NCBI GenBank assembly: GCA_951804945.1
Contig: OX638150.1
Span: 35,836,001-35,900,000 of the forward strand
Direction: 5' to 3'
Source of the DNA: Podarcis cretensis
Taxonomy: Eukaryota
DNA: 64,000 bases
Shown in pieces: positions 13,647 through 24,801 of the stretch. Position 1 is the first letter of the stretch; the number at the start of each line of letters is the position of its first letter. The position numbers and the translations under genes are program-made. The notes under the pieces were generated by a model. It was not told the origin of the DNA. It saw nothing but the letters and a program-made list of their open reading frames with translations, and did not search any database.

Positions 13647-13951
13647 CAGTGCTTTTTAAAATGTATTTGTATTAAAGATTTTCTTGATTTACAGAAGTAT
13701 GTGTAATGTCTCTCTCTCGTATTTTTTCCATGTAACATTTTTACAAATCAGTTTCATTTGTTGAGACATTAGGAAGAAAAGGGGGAGAGGGGTGGGGCGG
13801 GGGGCGGGGGAAGCAGTGCTATTTTTCTAGAAAAAGAGGTGCTGGAAACTCACCATGAACACCTCCCTTGTTCTCTTAGAATGGCAGTGGTGCCCACCTG
13901 AGAGGTGCTGGAATTGAGTTCCGGTGACTTCCGGCTGAAAGAAAAGCTCTG
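13647..13951. mobile_element. hAT-like MITE with a retro-fragment (13654-13811) inserted in its left TIR
   Basis: 8-bp TSD GTCAAGAG/GTAAAGAG; CAGTGCT..TTTTTC and GAAAGAAAAGCTCTG termini; AGCAGTGCT duplicated around the insert. Confidence 0.7.
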
Positions 13952-15814
13952 GTAAAGAGCATGGGTTGTATCCTGGGCAGCGCAAGCAGGGTTCTGCTGG
14001 TACAAGAGGACTTCTATTTCTACACACACCCACACCCCTGTTCCAGAGTGTTCTGTAACTCTCCAGAGCAGATTTTGAGGGCGTCCAGGGGGCTGGGGGG
14101 GGAACAGTAGAGGAAGAAGAAGCTCTACTGTGTGCACAGAAATTCATGGGGCCAGTGGAGTTGCAGCGCTGGATATTGGAGGCTTGTGTATTAAATGTGT
14201 TAGTTCTTCATCACAAGCCCCTTCTCTTCAAAGCAGAGATGTCAAAGAATGGTTGACTGCAGGTCCAGCAAGCAGTTGACTGTCAGGCTGCTCTAAAGTT
14301 GTGGTGTGTGGCCCCGCAATATTCTGTGGGAAAGGACAGTTTTGTTGGGGAAAAGGACAGCGGTGTGCAGTATTCTGTAACAGCTGAGGCTGCTTTTGAA
14401 CAAGAGGTGTCCTATAAATGGGGCACATTTATTGATCCATGTTCTTTTTTTCCTGCAAGAGTTTACCGAACAGGCAGAACTAATCTGAACCTGCCCTGTA
14501 TCTATGCACTGCTGTGCTGGGAATAAACAGTGTTAATTAAAAGGTCATCACATTTCTTCTCCTCTGAACGGCAATACATTGTTTGCTAGTGCTTCATGCA
14601 TAAAAGCCCGGCAGCGCTCAAGTGGGTGTATGATTTTGAAGCGTTATGGCTGGCTCTTGATCTAAACAGTCTCTGTGTCCTGATTGATTTCAAACAAAAA
14701 AAGCACAATTAAACATACATCCAGAAGGAAATTGATTTCGCCTCAATTGAAAGGATTCCAGTAATGCTATTGTTTGGACAAAATGCTAAAAGCTTCCCTT
14801 CTTTTGCCAATAGACTCATGCCAGATTGGCTGCCAGGAACACGAACTGCCCAGCCCTTTCATCAAAAAAAAAAGAAGAAGGGGGGACCCGCCAGGTACTT
14901 GAACCTGCATGTGTGCACTCACAGATCATTGCAGAGGGTGGGATGGGGTGAGTGGGAGAGGATTGTGGAGAAAAACAGAGGTAAAACGGTGCTATCCAAA
15001 CAAACCATCAATCTCCAGGTCTGGGAGCTATTCCATCCCTACCTGCTCAGAGCACGAAATAATTGTGCAGGATGGGAAAGACGTGTCGTGAATCACAGAG
15101 AGAGAATAAGTAGCTAACAAGAACTGAGCAAATAATGAATGTGTCAGATGAAAAGAAATTTCAGAGAAGGCTGCTTTAGTTTAATCCAAACCAGGGGCAA
15201 AAACAAGCTTTATGACAGTTAGAATTCAACCCATATGCTCATGCCAAGTTAACTTTATGGGGTAATCCAGATTTAAAGATAGAGAGTCAACTCTTGTTTT
15301 TTTAAAGAAATTGGTAGAATGTGGGATACATTCATTAGATCAGTTCAGGTGGGGAGAGAGGTGGGTCATCCAAGCCCTGAACAGTGACTTTCTAGTTCTT
15401 CATGTCTATGAATAGTGCCCTTTCAATACCACAGGGATTCCTTTTTATGTCATGTTTCATTTAATACTGGACCGACTTGAGATCCCCCAGCTTAAAACAT
15501 GTCCAAGGTGACCCCTGCCTATCTTCTTGGGAAATGTTCAAGGAGCTTCTATCCCTACTAGTAGCGGATGTGAATATGCCTGCTTGAGACAGACCATTTC
15601 CCAAATTGTTCATAGGCACAAGCACAAATGGCTCAGCACTCCACAACAGTGATAGCCGAGGACGTGATGTGATATTCTCTTCCTGGAGCAAGCAGCATTC
15701 CTGTGTTGCCCCACAGCAGATTGAAGAAAGGGGACAAAGTGGGTCAGGATGGGGGAAGCTGAAACTATACTGCCTTTAGCTGCAGCCATACTCTCTGGCT
15801 GACAGGTTGCAAAC

Positions 15815-16061
15815 TGTTATGTACTGAAGTTCTCACCCTGGGTCAGCAGGGGGATACTATAGATAGTTATGCAAATGAAGGATCGAAAGTGACGTTCAGT
15901 GATTGGATAGTTTTAGAAAGTTGTTACAGTAACGTGGTACTGGAGCTCTATATAAGCAGGCTGACTGAGCCCTTCAGTTCAGTTCTGTCCTGGCCTGTGA
16001 ATAAACAAGAGCTGTTTGAAGAATCTCTGTGTCGTCTGATATGTTCACCCACAACTTAACA
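15815..16061 (+). mobile_element. Solo LTR, 247 bp (Gypsy-like)
   Basis: TGTTA...TAACA inverted termini, perfect 5-bp TSD CAAAC, octamer, inverted CCAAT, TATATAA, AATAAA in canonical order. Confidence 0.88.
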
Positions 16062-17845
16062 CAAACCAACTGAGACAGCTCTCCCTCCTACAAAAGAAAG
16101 GGCGGGGGAGAGAATTCACCATCCATTCTTTATCGGATATTTCCAACAAGGTTCGAAATGCCAACTTGGTTCAGGAACAGTTTACCTGCCCATTGTACCT
16201 TCTTAAAAGGCAAAGTTTTGAACAAGGGTTGTCTCTTTTTGTTTGTAATAAGGAAGTATATATAGTGATGACATTATACTGTGTTATTAAACGGGTGAGA
16301 GAATTAGAAAGGAGCCATGTTGCTAAACCATTATAAAATAATGCAAACGTTGAAATAAAATATTAACCCCCCCCCCACAAAATAGCTACTTTTGGGGGAG
16401 AGTTGAAAATAAAATAAACAGCATCAGTAGCAGCAATCATATTGCTGCCCTTACCTGCCTGCTCTTATACAAACTGGCAATAGTCTCATAAAAGATAATC
16501 ATTTTATTTTTGTGCAGCTGCATACAGTGAGTGCCCTGAGAGTGAGATGTATAATGGGATTTTAGGATGTATATAGGAGTCCTTTTAGCTTTCAGTTGTT
16601 TAGAGCTGGTTAATGGAGGACTTGAAGAACCCCAGAAATCCATTTTCTCCCAGAGCTCTGCCTCACGCAACAGAATTGCTTTGCCAATTATTTATTTCCT
16701 GGCAGCTCTGTACCTGCTGTCTGGGACAAGGACCCTGCACCTTTGACTTTTGTTCTGCATCATGAGTGTTAGCCTGCTGCTCATTCATTTGTTAGTGTCG
16801 GGTTTGAACCAACTCTTTGCAAAATGCTCTCTCCCGGCTTGCATTTGGCTGTCACAAGGCAAGGGTTGGAGAGATTTGTCCTGCATACAGAACTAATGTG
16901 GCAGAGGGGCTGGCAGCAGTCCTTCTGTGCAAGTTTGGTGCAGAATTGCTCTACGGTGACCTTACCAACTGGGAAGTTTGTGCATGGGGCTCATGCTTTA
17001 GAGGCTTAGCAATCAGGAAAGTCCTTGCTTCACATCTTTCTTCTGCCACGAACTCAGTAGGGGCCCTCAAGTAGATTGCTAGCTCTCAGCCTCAGTCCCG
17101 CATCTGCAATAAGGAGATAGTAATACTGGCCTACCTTAGAAGGTTGTTGTAAGGGGTAGAATAGGCTAGCAAAACACACTGTGCTTTGAGCAACCAAATC
17201 GGTGGCTAGATTTTACGTTGTGCCATTTTATTTTATTTTACTTGTAATTGTTTTGTTTTAGAGCGGTTTTTATCCTTGTATGATTTATTTCACAGCTTTG
17301 AACTTTTGAAAAGCGGTTACAAATTTTAAAAATAACGCACCACTTATTTTGATTGCGTAGTCGCTTCAGACTCGAGTTGTCCCTCTTTCTGTGAAATATT
17401 TAAAAATGTATTCTAATATTTGTATTTGCAAAGAAGTGAGTCAATGTTTAAATCTTCATTGGCTGGAAATAAATACTGAGATAAACCCTATATTTCATTT
17501 CCCCAATAGACAGAAAGAAATGAAAAAGAACACACACCAGCATCTGAGCACATAATAAACAAGGTGTTGGTTTTGTTTGGTTAGTGATGCAGAGAACTAA
17601 TTCATACTTCTCTTTATGGCAATTTACACCCTTCTACGCACACACACACATTTCCATTGTGTTGTTTCACAATGGACTGTTGTTGTTGCTGGGAATGCAA
17701 TGAAAGCCCAGGAAATTATCTCCCAAAGGGCAGCTGTTGGTAGAAAGAAAACCAGAGGGTTGCAGAGCTTTGTTGTTCATGAATTGAAGCATGGCAGGCT
17801 GACATTACAATCCATCCCCCAAAAGAAATATCGTAGTAAATGGCC

Positions 17846-17923
17846 TATATAAAAACTGGTTCTGTGATGTTCAGGTCAGCCCTTACCTCATGTCTGATGT
17901 GAACAGTGTGGCATCTTCTGCAG
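17846..17923 (+). promoter_or_regulatory. Candidate ZACN TATA box and short upstream (5'UTR) exon
   Basis: TATATAAAAA at 17846-17855; CAG|GTATGA donor at 17923/17924; the ATG exon carries its own acceptor (tgctttcatattgcag ending 18436). Confidence 0.4.
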
Positions 17924-18450
17924 GTATGATGAATAAGTGCATGTTGATTGCAAATTATCCTGTACGGGGGGTCCAGAGGCATGTAGATTTTGCAAAAGGC
18001 AGCTTTTGTTGAATCTCTTGTCCTGTGTTCATGTGGTTACAGAATAATAAGTATTGTTTGACTGCCCCATAGCCTGAGAAGATAAGGCAGAAGCCAATAC
18101 CTAGAGATGATAACTTCCAGAAAGCCGTGAGTGGAGAAGCTCAAGTAGCCCTCACTCAGTGGAGAACAGAGAGAGATGCATATTTTTGTAAGATTACGTG
18201 CTTTGTAATGTGAGAATTCCCATGAAAGTATCGTTAGGCAGTCCTACACACCTGGAAGCCACTTCAGAGTTCAAAACTAGCAGAATTGAAATTTCCATCT
18301 CCTTTTCACTGGCAGCTTCATGCTCTAGCTGTGCCACCAACCATGTGTGACAAATGGTCGTTTTGGCTCTCTGTGCTATGAATTGGTGTCCAATTTACCT
18401 TGCATTAGAGCCTGCTGCCATGCTTTCATATTGCAGGACCTTAAAAAAAG

Positions 18451-18496
18451 ATGGCGGTGACAAGGATCTGCCTGAATCTCTTCCTCTTGGTGCTAG
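18451..18496 (+). CDS. ZACN: ZACN coding exon 1 (signal peptide MAVTRICLNLFLLVL)
   Basis: aagATGg start context, hydrophobic leader, donor G|GTAAGA; phase 1 matches next exon. Confidence 0.8.
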
Positions 18497-18546
18497 GTAA
18501 GAGGAACTTCCTTTTTTTAAAAACGCTGTATACACTTAGGGCAGTA

Positions 18547-18793
18547 CAGTGGTACCTTGGGTTAAGTACTTAATTCATTTCGTTCTGGAGGTCTGTTCTT
18601 TACCTGAAACTGTTCTTAACCTGAAGCACCACTTTAGCTAATGGGGCCTCCTGCTGCCACCGCACCGCCGGAGCACGATTTCTGTTCTTATCCTGAAGCA
18701 AAGTTCTTAACCTGAAGCATTATTTCTGAGTTATCGGAGTCTGTAACCTGAAATTTATGTAACCTGAAGCATATGTAAGCTGAGGTACCACTG
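18547..18793 (-). mobile_element. Tc1/mariner (Tigger-like) MITE, ZACN intron 1
   Basis: TA|CAGTGGTACC...GGTACCACTG|TA; reverse orientation relative to copies at 21441, 25405, 42932. Confidence 0.88.
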
Positions 18794-18795
18794 TA

Positions 18796-18965
18796 AGGTT
18801 GCCATATGTCCAGAATTTCCTGGACATACCTGGAATACTACAGTTGAAAGCAGTGTCCAGGAGGAAATAGGCTTAAATGTCGGCAGTGTCATTTTTGCCA
18901 ATTTCCCTGAAAAATAGCTGAACAACTTCTGTCTGGATTTTCACTTTTTGAAATATGGCAACCCT
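18796..18965. mobile_element. hAT-like MITE (GGTTGCCATA...TATGGCAACC)
   Basis: Inverted termini. Confidence 0.55.
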
Positions 18966-19242
18966 GCTTCAGGGTTTGTTGGACTCCAGTTTCCATCAGC
19001 CCCAGTCAGCATGGTCAGTGGTCATGGACTCAGGGAGCCAAAGTCCAATATCTGGCGAGCCATTCCTCTCCTACAATGCATATTAAAAACAAAAACACAC
19101 GTTTAACTTGTTTTTATAACAGTATAACTACATTGTTATAAACAGCCCTGGAGCATTATGGTAAAACGTGAATAAGAAATCCTACATGGTATTTTGTATT
19201 TGGATTATTGTAAATTGTTTTAATTGTAAAAATTAAATTGAT

Positions 19243-19244
19243 GA

Positions 19245-19308
<64 letters not shown>

Positions 19309-19310
19309 AA
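19243..19310 (+). repeat. (GAAA)n microsatellite
   Basis: Direct observation. Confidence 0.95.
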
Positions 19311-19497
19311 TCCTACAAATACATATATGTATAGCCCTCGCCAAGCAAAATAGTTCTGTTGCCTAATAGTTGTGAGTGGAATAATTTGCTGCAAATACCC
19401 TCCGTATTTCCAACATAAAAGAATCAATGTTTGATTTGAGATGGAGTGTATTATATGAATGGCTCTGAAACGGACTACTTGTGTATTTTGCTTTTAG

Positions 19498-19658
19498 CAG
19501 CCTTGCCTCAGATGACTTGGCAAGATCCTATCAACTCCTTGGAAGTGAAGTTATTAGAGTCACTGCTGAATACATATTCCCCATCCCTGATGCCCAGAAA
19601 TGGAAACGGCCCCCTTGTGGTGGATGTCAAGATAAAGATGTCTAATGTGCTTCATGTG
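19498..19658 (+). CDS. ZACN: ZACN coding exon 2 (AALPQMTW...PRNGNGPLVVDVKIKMSNVLHV)
   Basis: ttttag/cag NAGNAG acceptor, GTAGGT donor; resembles ZAC [22 protein letters not shown]. Confidence 0.92.
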
Positions 19659-19677
19659 GTAGGTATAACAACTTATA

Positions 19678-19837
19678 CAGTGGTACCTCGGGATGTGAAC
19701 GGGATCTGTTCCGGAGCCCCGTTCGCATCCTGAAGTGAACGCAACCCGCGTCTGCACATGCACAGGTCGTGATTCGCCACTTCTGTGCCACGGAGCGCAA
19801 CCCAAAAACGCTCAACCTGAAGCATGAGGTATGACTG
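19678..19837. mobile_element. Tc1/mariner-like MITE just after ZACN exon 2
   Basis: TA|CAGTGGTACCTCG...GAGGTATGACTG|TA. Confidence 0.75.
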
Positions 19838-19966
19838 TACCATGCTTACAAATTGACATTCTGTCTCCAAACAAGGATTATACTAATATAATGTTCATGT
19901 TCAAAATAATGTATGTTCAAACCACCCCGAGACCCATGGGTAGAGGGTAAGGGGTATATGGGTAAG

Positions 19967-20335
19967 GGGATGCGGGTGGCTCTGTGGTCTAAACCACCGA
20001 GCCTCTTGGGCTTGCTGATCAGAAGGCTGGCAGTTCGAATCCCCGCAACAGGGTGAGCTCCCATTGTTCTGTCCCAGCTCCTGCCAACCTCGTAGTTCAA
20101 GTAGATAAATAGGTACTGCTGCGGTGGGAAGGTAAACGGCGTTTCCATGCACTCTGGTTTCGTCACGGGGTTCTGTTGCGCCAGAAGTGGTTTAGTCATG
20201 CTGGCCACATGACCCAGAAAGCTGTCTGTGGACCAATTCCGGCTCCCTCAGCCTGAAAGTGAGATGAGCGCCACAACCCCATAGTCACCTTTAACTGGGC
20301 TTAACCATCCAGGGGTCCTTTATCTTTACCTTACC
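19967..20335 (+). mobile_element. Sauria-type SINE, ZACN intron 2
   Basis: Full head to TTTACC tail. Confidence 0.88.
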
Positions 20336-20540
20336 TATTGGGCAGTATGATGATGATGATGATACAACTGAGTATAGATGAATCCCAAGCTGGAGCTGTT
20401 ATATGTAAGTGACAAGTTTTTTGGCCAACATAAAAAGGCAGATTTTTTGGAGCCATGTTTTATTGAAAATTCTTGTATGAACATGTTTGTGTGTGTGCAT
20501 GTATTTGTGTGCGTTTGACCTTGAATTCTTTATCCACTAG

Positions 20541-20585
20541 GACATCATGCAATACACTATCTCATCTGTCCTCGTGCTTTATCAG
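20541..20585 (+). CDS. ZACN: ZACN coding exon 3 (DIMQYTISSVLVLYQ)
   Basis: 45-nt exon typical of Cys-loop genes, actag|...|GTAAT; resembles ZAC DILRYTMSSMLLLRL. Confidence 0.93.
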
Positions 20586-20793
20586 GTAATGCTTAGTCTT
20601 TCTTATCAAAGAACTGGGAAGTAATAGGAGATAGAGTGGTCACACTTCCTGATCAAATAATTAGCTTGGTCATGTCCATGGGATGCTGAAGTGATACAGT
20701 TGGTGAGTGAAGCAGATTTTAGATTTGAAAGGGTGGGTGAGTGGGGAGGAGGATACAGTCAAGATTAACGTTTCCTTTCACTGAAATCCTCAG

Positions 20794-20900
20794 TCATGGT
20801 ATGCTGAACAGCTGGCCTGGAATGAGACAGAGTTCCCCTTCACCACCATCACTGTGCCCTGGGGATCAGTGTGGACTCCTTCCCTCACAGTTCAAGAATC
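20794..20900 (+). CDS. ZACN: ZACN coding exon 4 (SWYAEQLAWNETEFP...VWTPSLTVQES)
   Basis: cctcag|...|GTAAGT; LAWN and WTP Cys-loop motifs. Confidence 0.95.
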
Positions 20901-21440
20901 GTAAGTAGCCTTGAAAAATGTACACATGTACCATTACACATATGTCCCAAGGGTTTCTCCAGTCTCTGACCCTGAAAAAAGGCACAGGACAGGGGTAGGG
21001 ACCCTGAAGCCCTCCTCCAGGTTGGACTGCAGCTCCCATCAGCCCCAGCCAGCATGACTACTATTCTGGAATGCTGGGAACTGGAGTCCAGCAACATCTA
21101 GAGGGGCCCAGAGTCCTCATCACTGAAAGAGGGAATGTGGAAAGGAATAGGAAAATGTGAGAACAGCATCCGACACCGTACCAGACCCAAAGTCCCTGGG
21201 ATGTTGCATATAGGGCCAGATGATGACAACCATCCCATTGCTTCCCACCTGCAACCTGTGGCATCAGGTCCCCAGAGGTATGCTCCTTTGAAATGTACCC
21301 ACCTGCCATGAATTTGTCCACTCCTTTTGTAAAGCACCCATCTCCTTGAAGGCAGAAATCTATACAGCCTTGCACACAGAATAATCTGACAAGGCGCCAT
21401 ACCGTCTCTCTCTTGGCCAATGCATCAACTGATAGGAGTA

Positions 21441-21646
21441 CAGTGGTACCTAGGGTTACAGGCGCTTCAGGTTACAGACTCCGCTAACCCAGAAATAATA
21501 CCTTGGGTTAAGGATGAGAACAGAAATCGTGCAGCAGTGGTGCAGCGGGAGGCCCCATTAGTTAAGTGGTGCTTCAGGTTAAGAACATTTTCAGGTTAAG
21601 AATGGACCGCCGGAACGAATTAAGTTCTTAACCCGAGGTACCACTG
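21441..21646 (+). mobile_element. Tc1/mariner (Tigger-like) MITE, ZACN intron 4
   Basis: TA TSD, CAGTGGTACC TIRs. Confidence 0.88.
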
Positions 21647-22010
21647 TAATTCTCCACAAACACAGAAGAGTGTAACATACCGGCGGATGGGAAACTTTAG
21701 CTAAGCCTAAATTCCTTTTCTGGATTTCATTCCTCCCCCTTTTCATACAGCATTGTGTATCTTCATATTGTGATGTGTGAAGACAGGACAGGGTCTCTTT
21801 AATAAACCTTGAGTCAGCTCTTCCTGTACCACCACCCCTGCTCACTTTTCTTATCCACCTGCCCAGGTGACCCAAACACTCACCTTGCGGGCGAGTTCCT
21901 AGTAGATGCCATTCTACATGTCAAAACAGCATCAGATGCATGCTGAAGCGAGCAAGGAAGGTCCCCCTCTGCTGTCCCCCTTGTCTTACAGCTCCTTTTG
22001 TTTACCAAAG

Positions 22011-22180
22011 GTTTGACGTGACGTGGAAAACAGAGTCTCCTCCCGTAGTGCTTCACAGTGATGGGAAAGTGGAGTTTGCGCTCTCTCTGCGCATCGACAG
22101 CAACTGCAACTTTGATCTCTTATACTACCCCCGAGACAGCACTCACTGCACTCTGAGCTTCTCCTCTCTAGCTAACACGG
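22011..22180 (+). CDS. ZACN: ZACN coding exon 5 (contains the Cys-loop CNFDLLYYPRDSTHC)
   Basis: C-x13-C loop; ccaaag|...|GTAAGT; in frame with exon 4 (phase 2). Confidence 0.95.
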
Positions 22181-22869
22181 GTAAGTGAGATGCCTGCTTA
22201 TGCTGGGCAATGCAAATGCCAGGATCTGGTAAATGTAGTGCAGAAGGAAATAGTCTGGCAAGACTGCCGGTTGAAAGGGTAAATAAAAAAGGTTGATTAC
22301 TCATGGCAAACAAACCTATTCTAGGTATAGTTGTTACAAGATGGAACCAAGAAGTCAACAGAAGCCCATGTTCATTCTGACTGAGCTAGAAGAAGTAGCA
22401 GGAAGGAAGCCTGAAAGGAGGTGATCTACTTTAGGAAGTAGTTACTAAAAGTGAAGGAATCAGTGAGGAGAAAGGACAAGTTGCCTGTCTGTCCCCCGCC
22501 CCACCCCTCCGCTCAGTTCAGGTGGGGTGACTGTGTCCGGGAGTCCACTGAGGGACCAAAGGGTCACTACACCTCTCTCAATGGCTGCCTGTGGGGAGTC
22601 GTGGTATCCAATCCATGTCGGGGGGGGGGGGACGACTCCCTAGCACAAGTTTGACCCCACCAGGTTCCTATCAGGTAGCAGGCAGGCTGCCTGATGCAGG
22701 ATGCATACCCAATGCCTTAGTCAAACCTACTCTTTCCTGGAATCAATAAAGCTGTGGCCTAATTCAACCCAATACCAGTCTCCTGTGTCATTCTTGTGGC
22801 CTTACCTTCACCTGCCACAGCCATTATGCACCTGTACCGGCAATTACCATGTCAAATAAGAGTTCCGTA

Positions 22870-23227
22870 TGCCGACCCTCCAAGTGTCCCTATTTTCCAG
22901 GGAGCTCCCTGATTTAGAGAAGCCGCCCTGGTTTCTGATTTGATCCCGGAATATTCCACTTTTCCTGAGGATGTCCCTATTTTCATTCGAGAAATGTTGG
23001 AGGGTATGGAGTTATCTGACCCTCGAGCTGTCTGAAGGGAATCCTGCATAGGGTAGTTTTTAAAATAAAATGTTTAATGTTTTATTACGTTTTTATGCCT
23101 GTTGGAAGCTGCCCGGAGTGCTGGGGCAACCCAATAATACACATGCAATGTGTAGGGTATAAATAGTAAAATTATCATTATGGAATGGGACATCCCTATT
23201 TTCATCAGAGAAATGTTGGAGGGTATG
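22870..23227. mobile_element. Composite repeat: CCCTCCAA...TTGGAGGGTATG MITE-like element containing an L2-type 3' end (~23050-23180)
   Basis: Repeated CCCTATTTTCATxxGAGAAATGTTGGAGGGTATG; GGAAGCTGCCCGGAGTG...GGGTATAAATA tail motif. Confidence 0.5.
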
Positions 23228-23430
23228 CCCACGTGAGGTTTGCCTTAAGGGGAACATGTCTTGGGGTAGCCTGACTTTATGGTCCTTCGGGCTCTTTCCA
23301 ACTTAGATGCAACTCCTTCTATTGATGGGAGCATAGATGATTGATTGGACTCCTAAAATCTCTCTTATACTTGCATTGAATATCCAAAGAACTTGTGTGT
23401 GTGTGTGTATGTGTGTTTAACTCTTTCAAG

Positions 23431-23555
23431 TCAATGAGCTGGAATTCAACGTCTCCATTCAAAACCAGATTCTGAATTTAAAGCGTGAATACCTTGTCAC
23501 GGATGTGAAAGTCAGCAGCCTGAAGAATTTGCCACAGCCTTGCTTTGTAGTTATG
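23431..23555 (+). CDS. ZACN: ZACN coding exon 6 (VNELEFNV...KREYLVTDV...QPCFVVM)
   Basis: ctttcaag|...|GTAAGG; resembles ZAC ELEF, KREY and PCFQV motifs. Confidence 0.94.
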
Positions 23556-24038
23556 GTAAGGAGATGAAACTGGACTATAACTCAGAGAAGGCATGCAAGG
23601 GGCTTCTCTGCTGGGTCCTGACCTCTCATCTGATTGGGGCGTGTGGGAATGTCACAATGCAGGACCTCCCTGTACCATGTGCCTTCAGCCCTGCTGGTGA
23701 AAGCAAAGAAGGCAAGTGAGACAGAGCAAACTACTTGGGAGAGGAGCTGCAGGGAATGCTCTCCTTGGAAATGTGAACTGTACTTGCAGGAGGGAACATA
23801 TGCTATTGGACTCCAACTCCCATCAGCCTCAGACAGCAAGGCCAATCAGTGGTCAGAGATGATGGGGTTTTTAGTCCACTGACATCTGGAGAGACACAGG
23901 TTCCACACCCCAGATTTAAGAAGCATCTTTAGTTTGCTGCTGCAACATGGTTTTTATTGTAGCATTTCAGAGGATTGAGAGCACTCCGCATACATTTTTT
24001 TGTAATCCTGACAACAACCTTGTAAGGTAGGACTAGAT

Positions 24039-24176
24039 CAGGGATGGAGAGCATGAAGCCCTCCAGGTGTTGCTGGACTTAAGCTCCCATCAGCCCAAGC
24101 CACCTTGGTCAATGGTCAGGGATGATGGGATTTGTATTTGAGCAGCGTCTGGCGAGTTGCAGGTTCCCCACCCCTG
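24039..24176. mobile_element. hAT-like hairpin MITE (family also near 18970, 20990, 23795, 27452, 41650)
   Basis: CAGGGATGG...CCCACCCCTG termini, internal CTCCCATCA...GATGGGA palindrome. Confidence 0.6.
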
Positions 24177-24596
24177 GTCTAGAAAAAGTTCACAGGGAGG
24201 GGGTTTCCAGGGCCCTCGAAGTCTGCTTTTAATGACAAAAATGTTCACTTAAGAAGATTAAGTGCACCTTTTTGCGAACGTCTGCTTTTAGGTGACTTTG
24301 CTTCTTTCTACATGAATGGCCAGAAGGGCATGAATGACCAACTTAGGCAAGCGGCTTTTAAAACGTTGCTTGACTTCGCCAATTCCACATTAGATGACAG
24401 TAGTGGAAAGTGCCAAAGCTTGTGTTCTTCTTTTGGTATTTACTTATTAGAGGGAGGTTGATTAAATAAATAAATAAAATAAATAAATAAATACAACGTA
24501 TCCAGCCACTTTGCCAACCAATGCCGATGTTTTGTGAAATGCTGAAAGCCTCAAATGATCATTCCTTTCACCCACAAACCCCAACCTCTTTTCTAG

Positions 24597-24801
24597 GTGA
24601 AGTTAGAAAACACAGGAATGCGAATCGTCCTCTCTGTAATTGTGCCAAGCCTGGCACTTGTGGTAGCTGATCTCTGTGGCTTCCTTATCCCACTCAAAGA
24701 CAGGCTGGCATACATGATCACCTTGCTGTTGGCTTACCTGGTGTTCCACTCCTCCCTCATTGGCTCCTTGCCCGGCTCTTCTTCCTGCAACCCATTGCTC
24801 A
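24597..24801 (+). CDS. ZACN: ZACN coding exon 7 (M1, M2 and M2-M3 loop)
   Basis: ttctag|...|GTAAGT; VIVPSLALVVADLCG, ITLLLAYLVFHSSL, SSSCNPLL. Confidence 0.96.

Noticed and set aside
1-17000. GALR2 or SRP68 exons expected upstream of ZACN by human synteny
   Set aside because: No GPCR-like or SRP68-like peptide recognised; they probably lie outside the window
209-17852. Many 60-146 aa ORFs in the first 18 kb
   Set aside because: No recognisable domains or consistent exon chains; many overlap SINEs, MITEs, LTRs or microsatellites; expected by chance in vertebrate intergenic DNA
16000-18450. Metal-response elements (TGCRCNC) near the ZACN start
   Set aside because: No convincing cluster seen; isolated matches elsewhere are at chance level
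21981-21991. Stronger-looking acceptor (ttgtcttacag) upstream of ZACN exon 5
   Set aside because: Adds 19 nt and breaks the frame; the AAG ending at 22010 restores frame and alignment to ZAC
22234-22819. Possible LTR-like element in ZACN intron 5 (CAATAAAGCTGTGGCC...GCCACA end)
   Set aside because: Could not find a matching 5' terminus or TSD, so boundaries and class are unsupported
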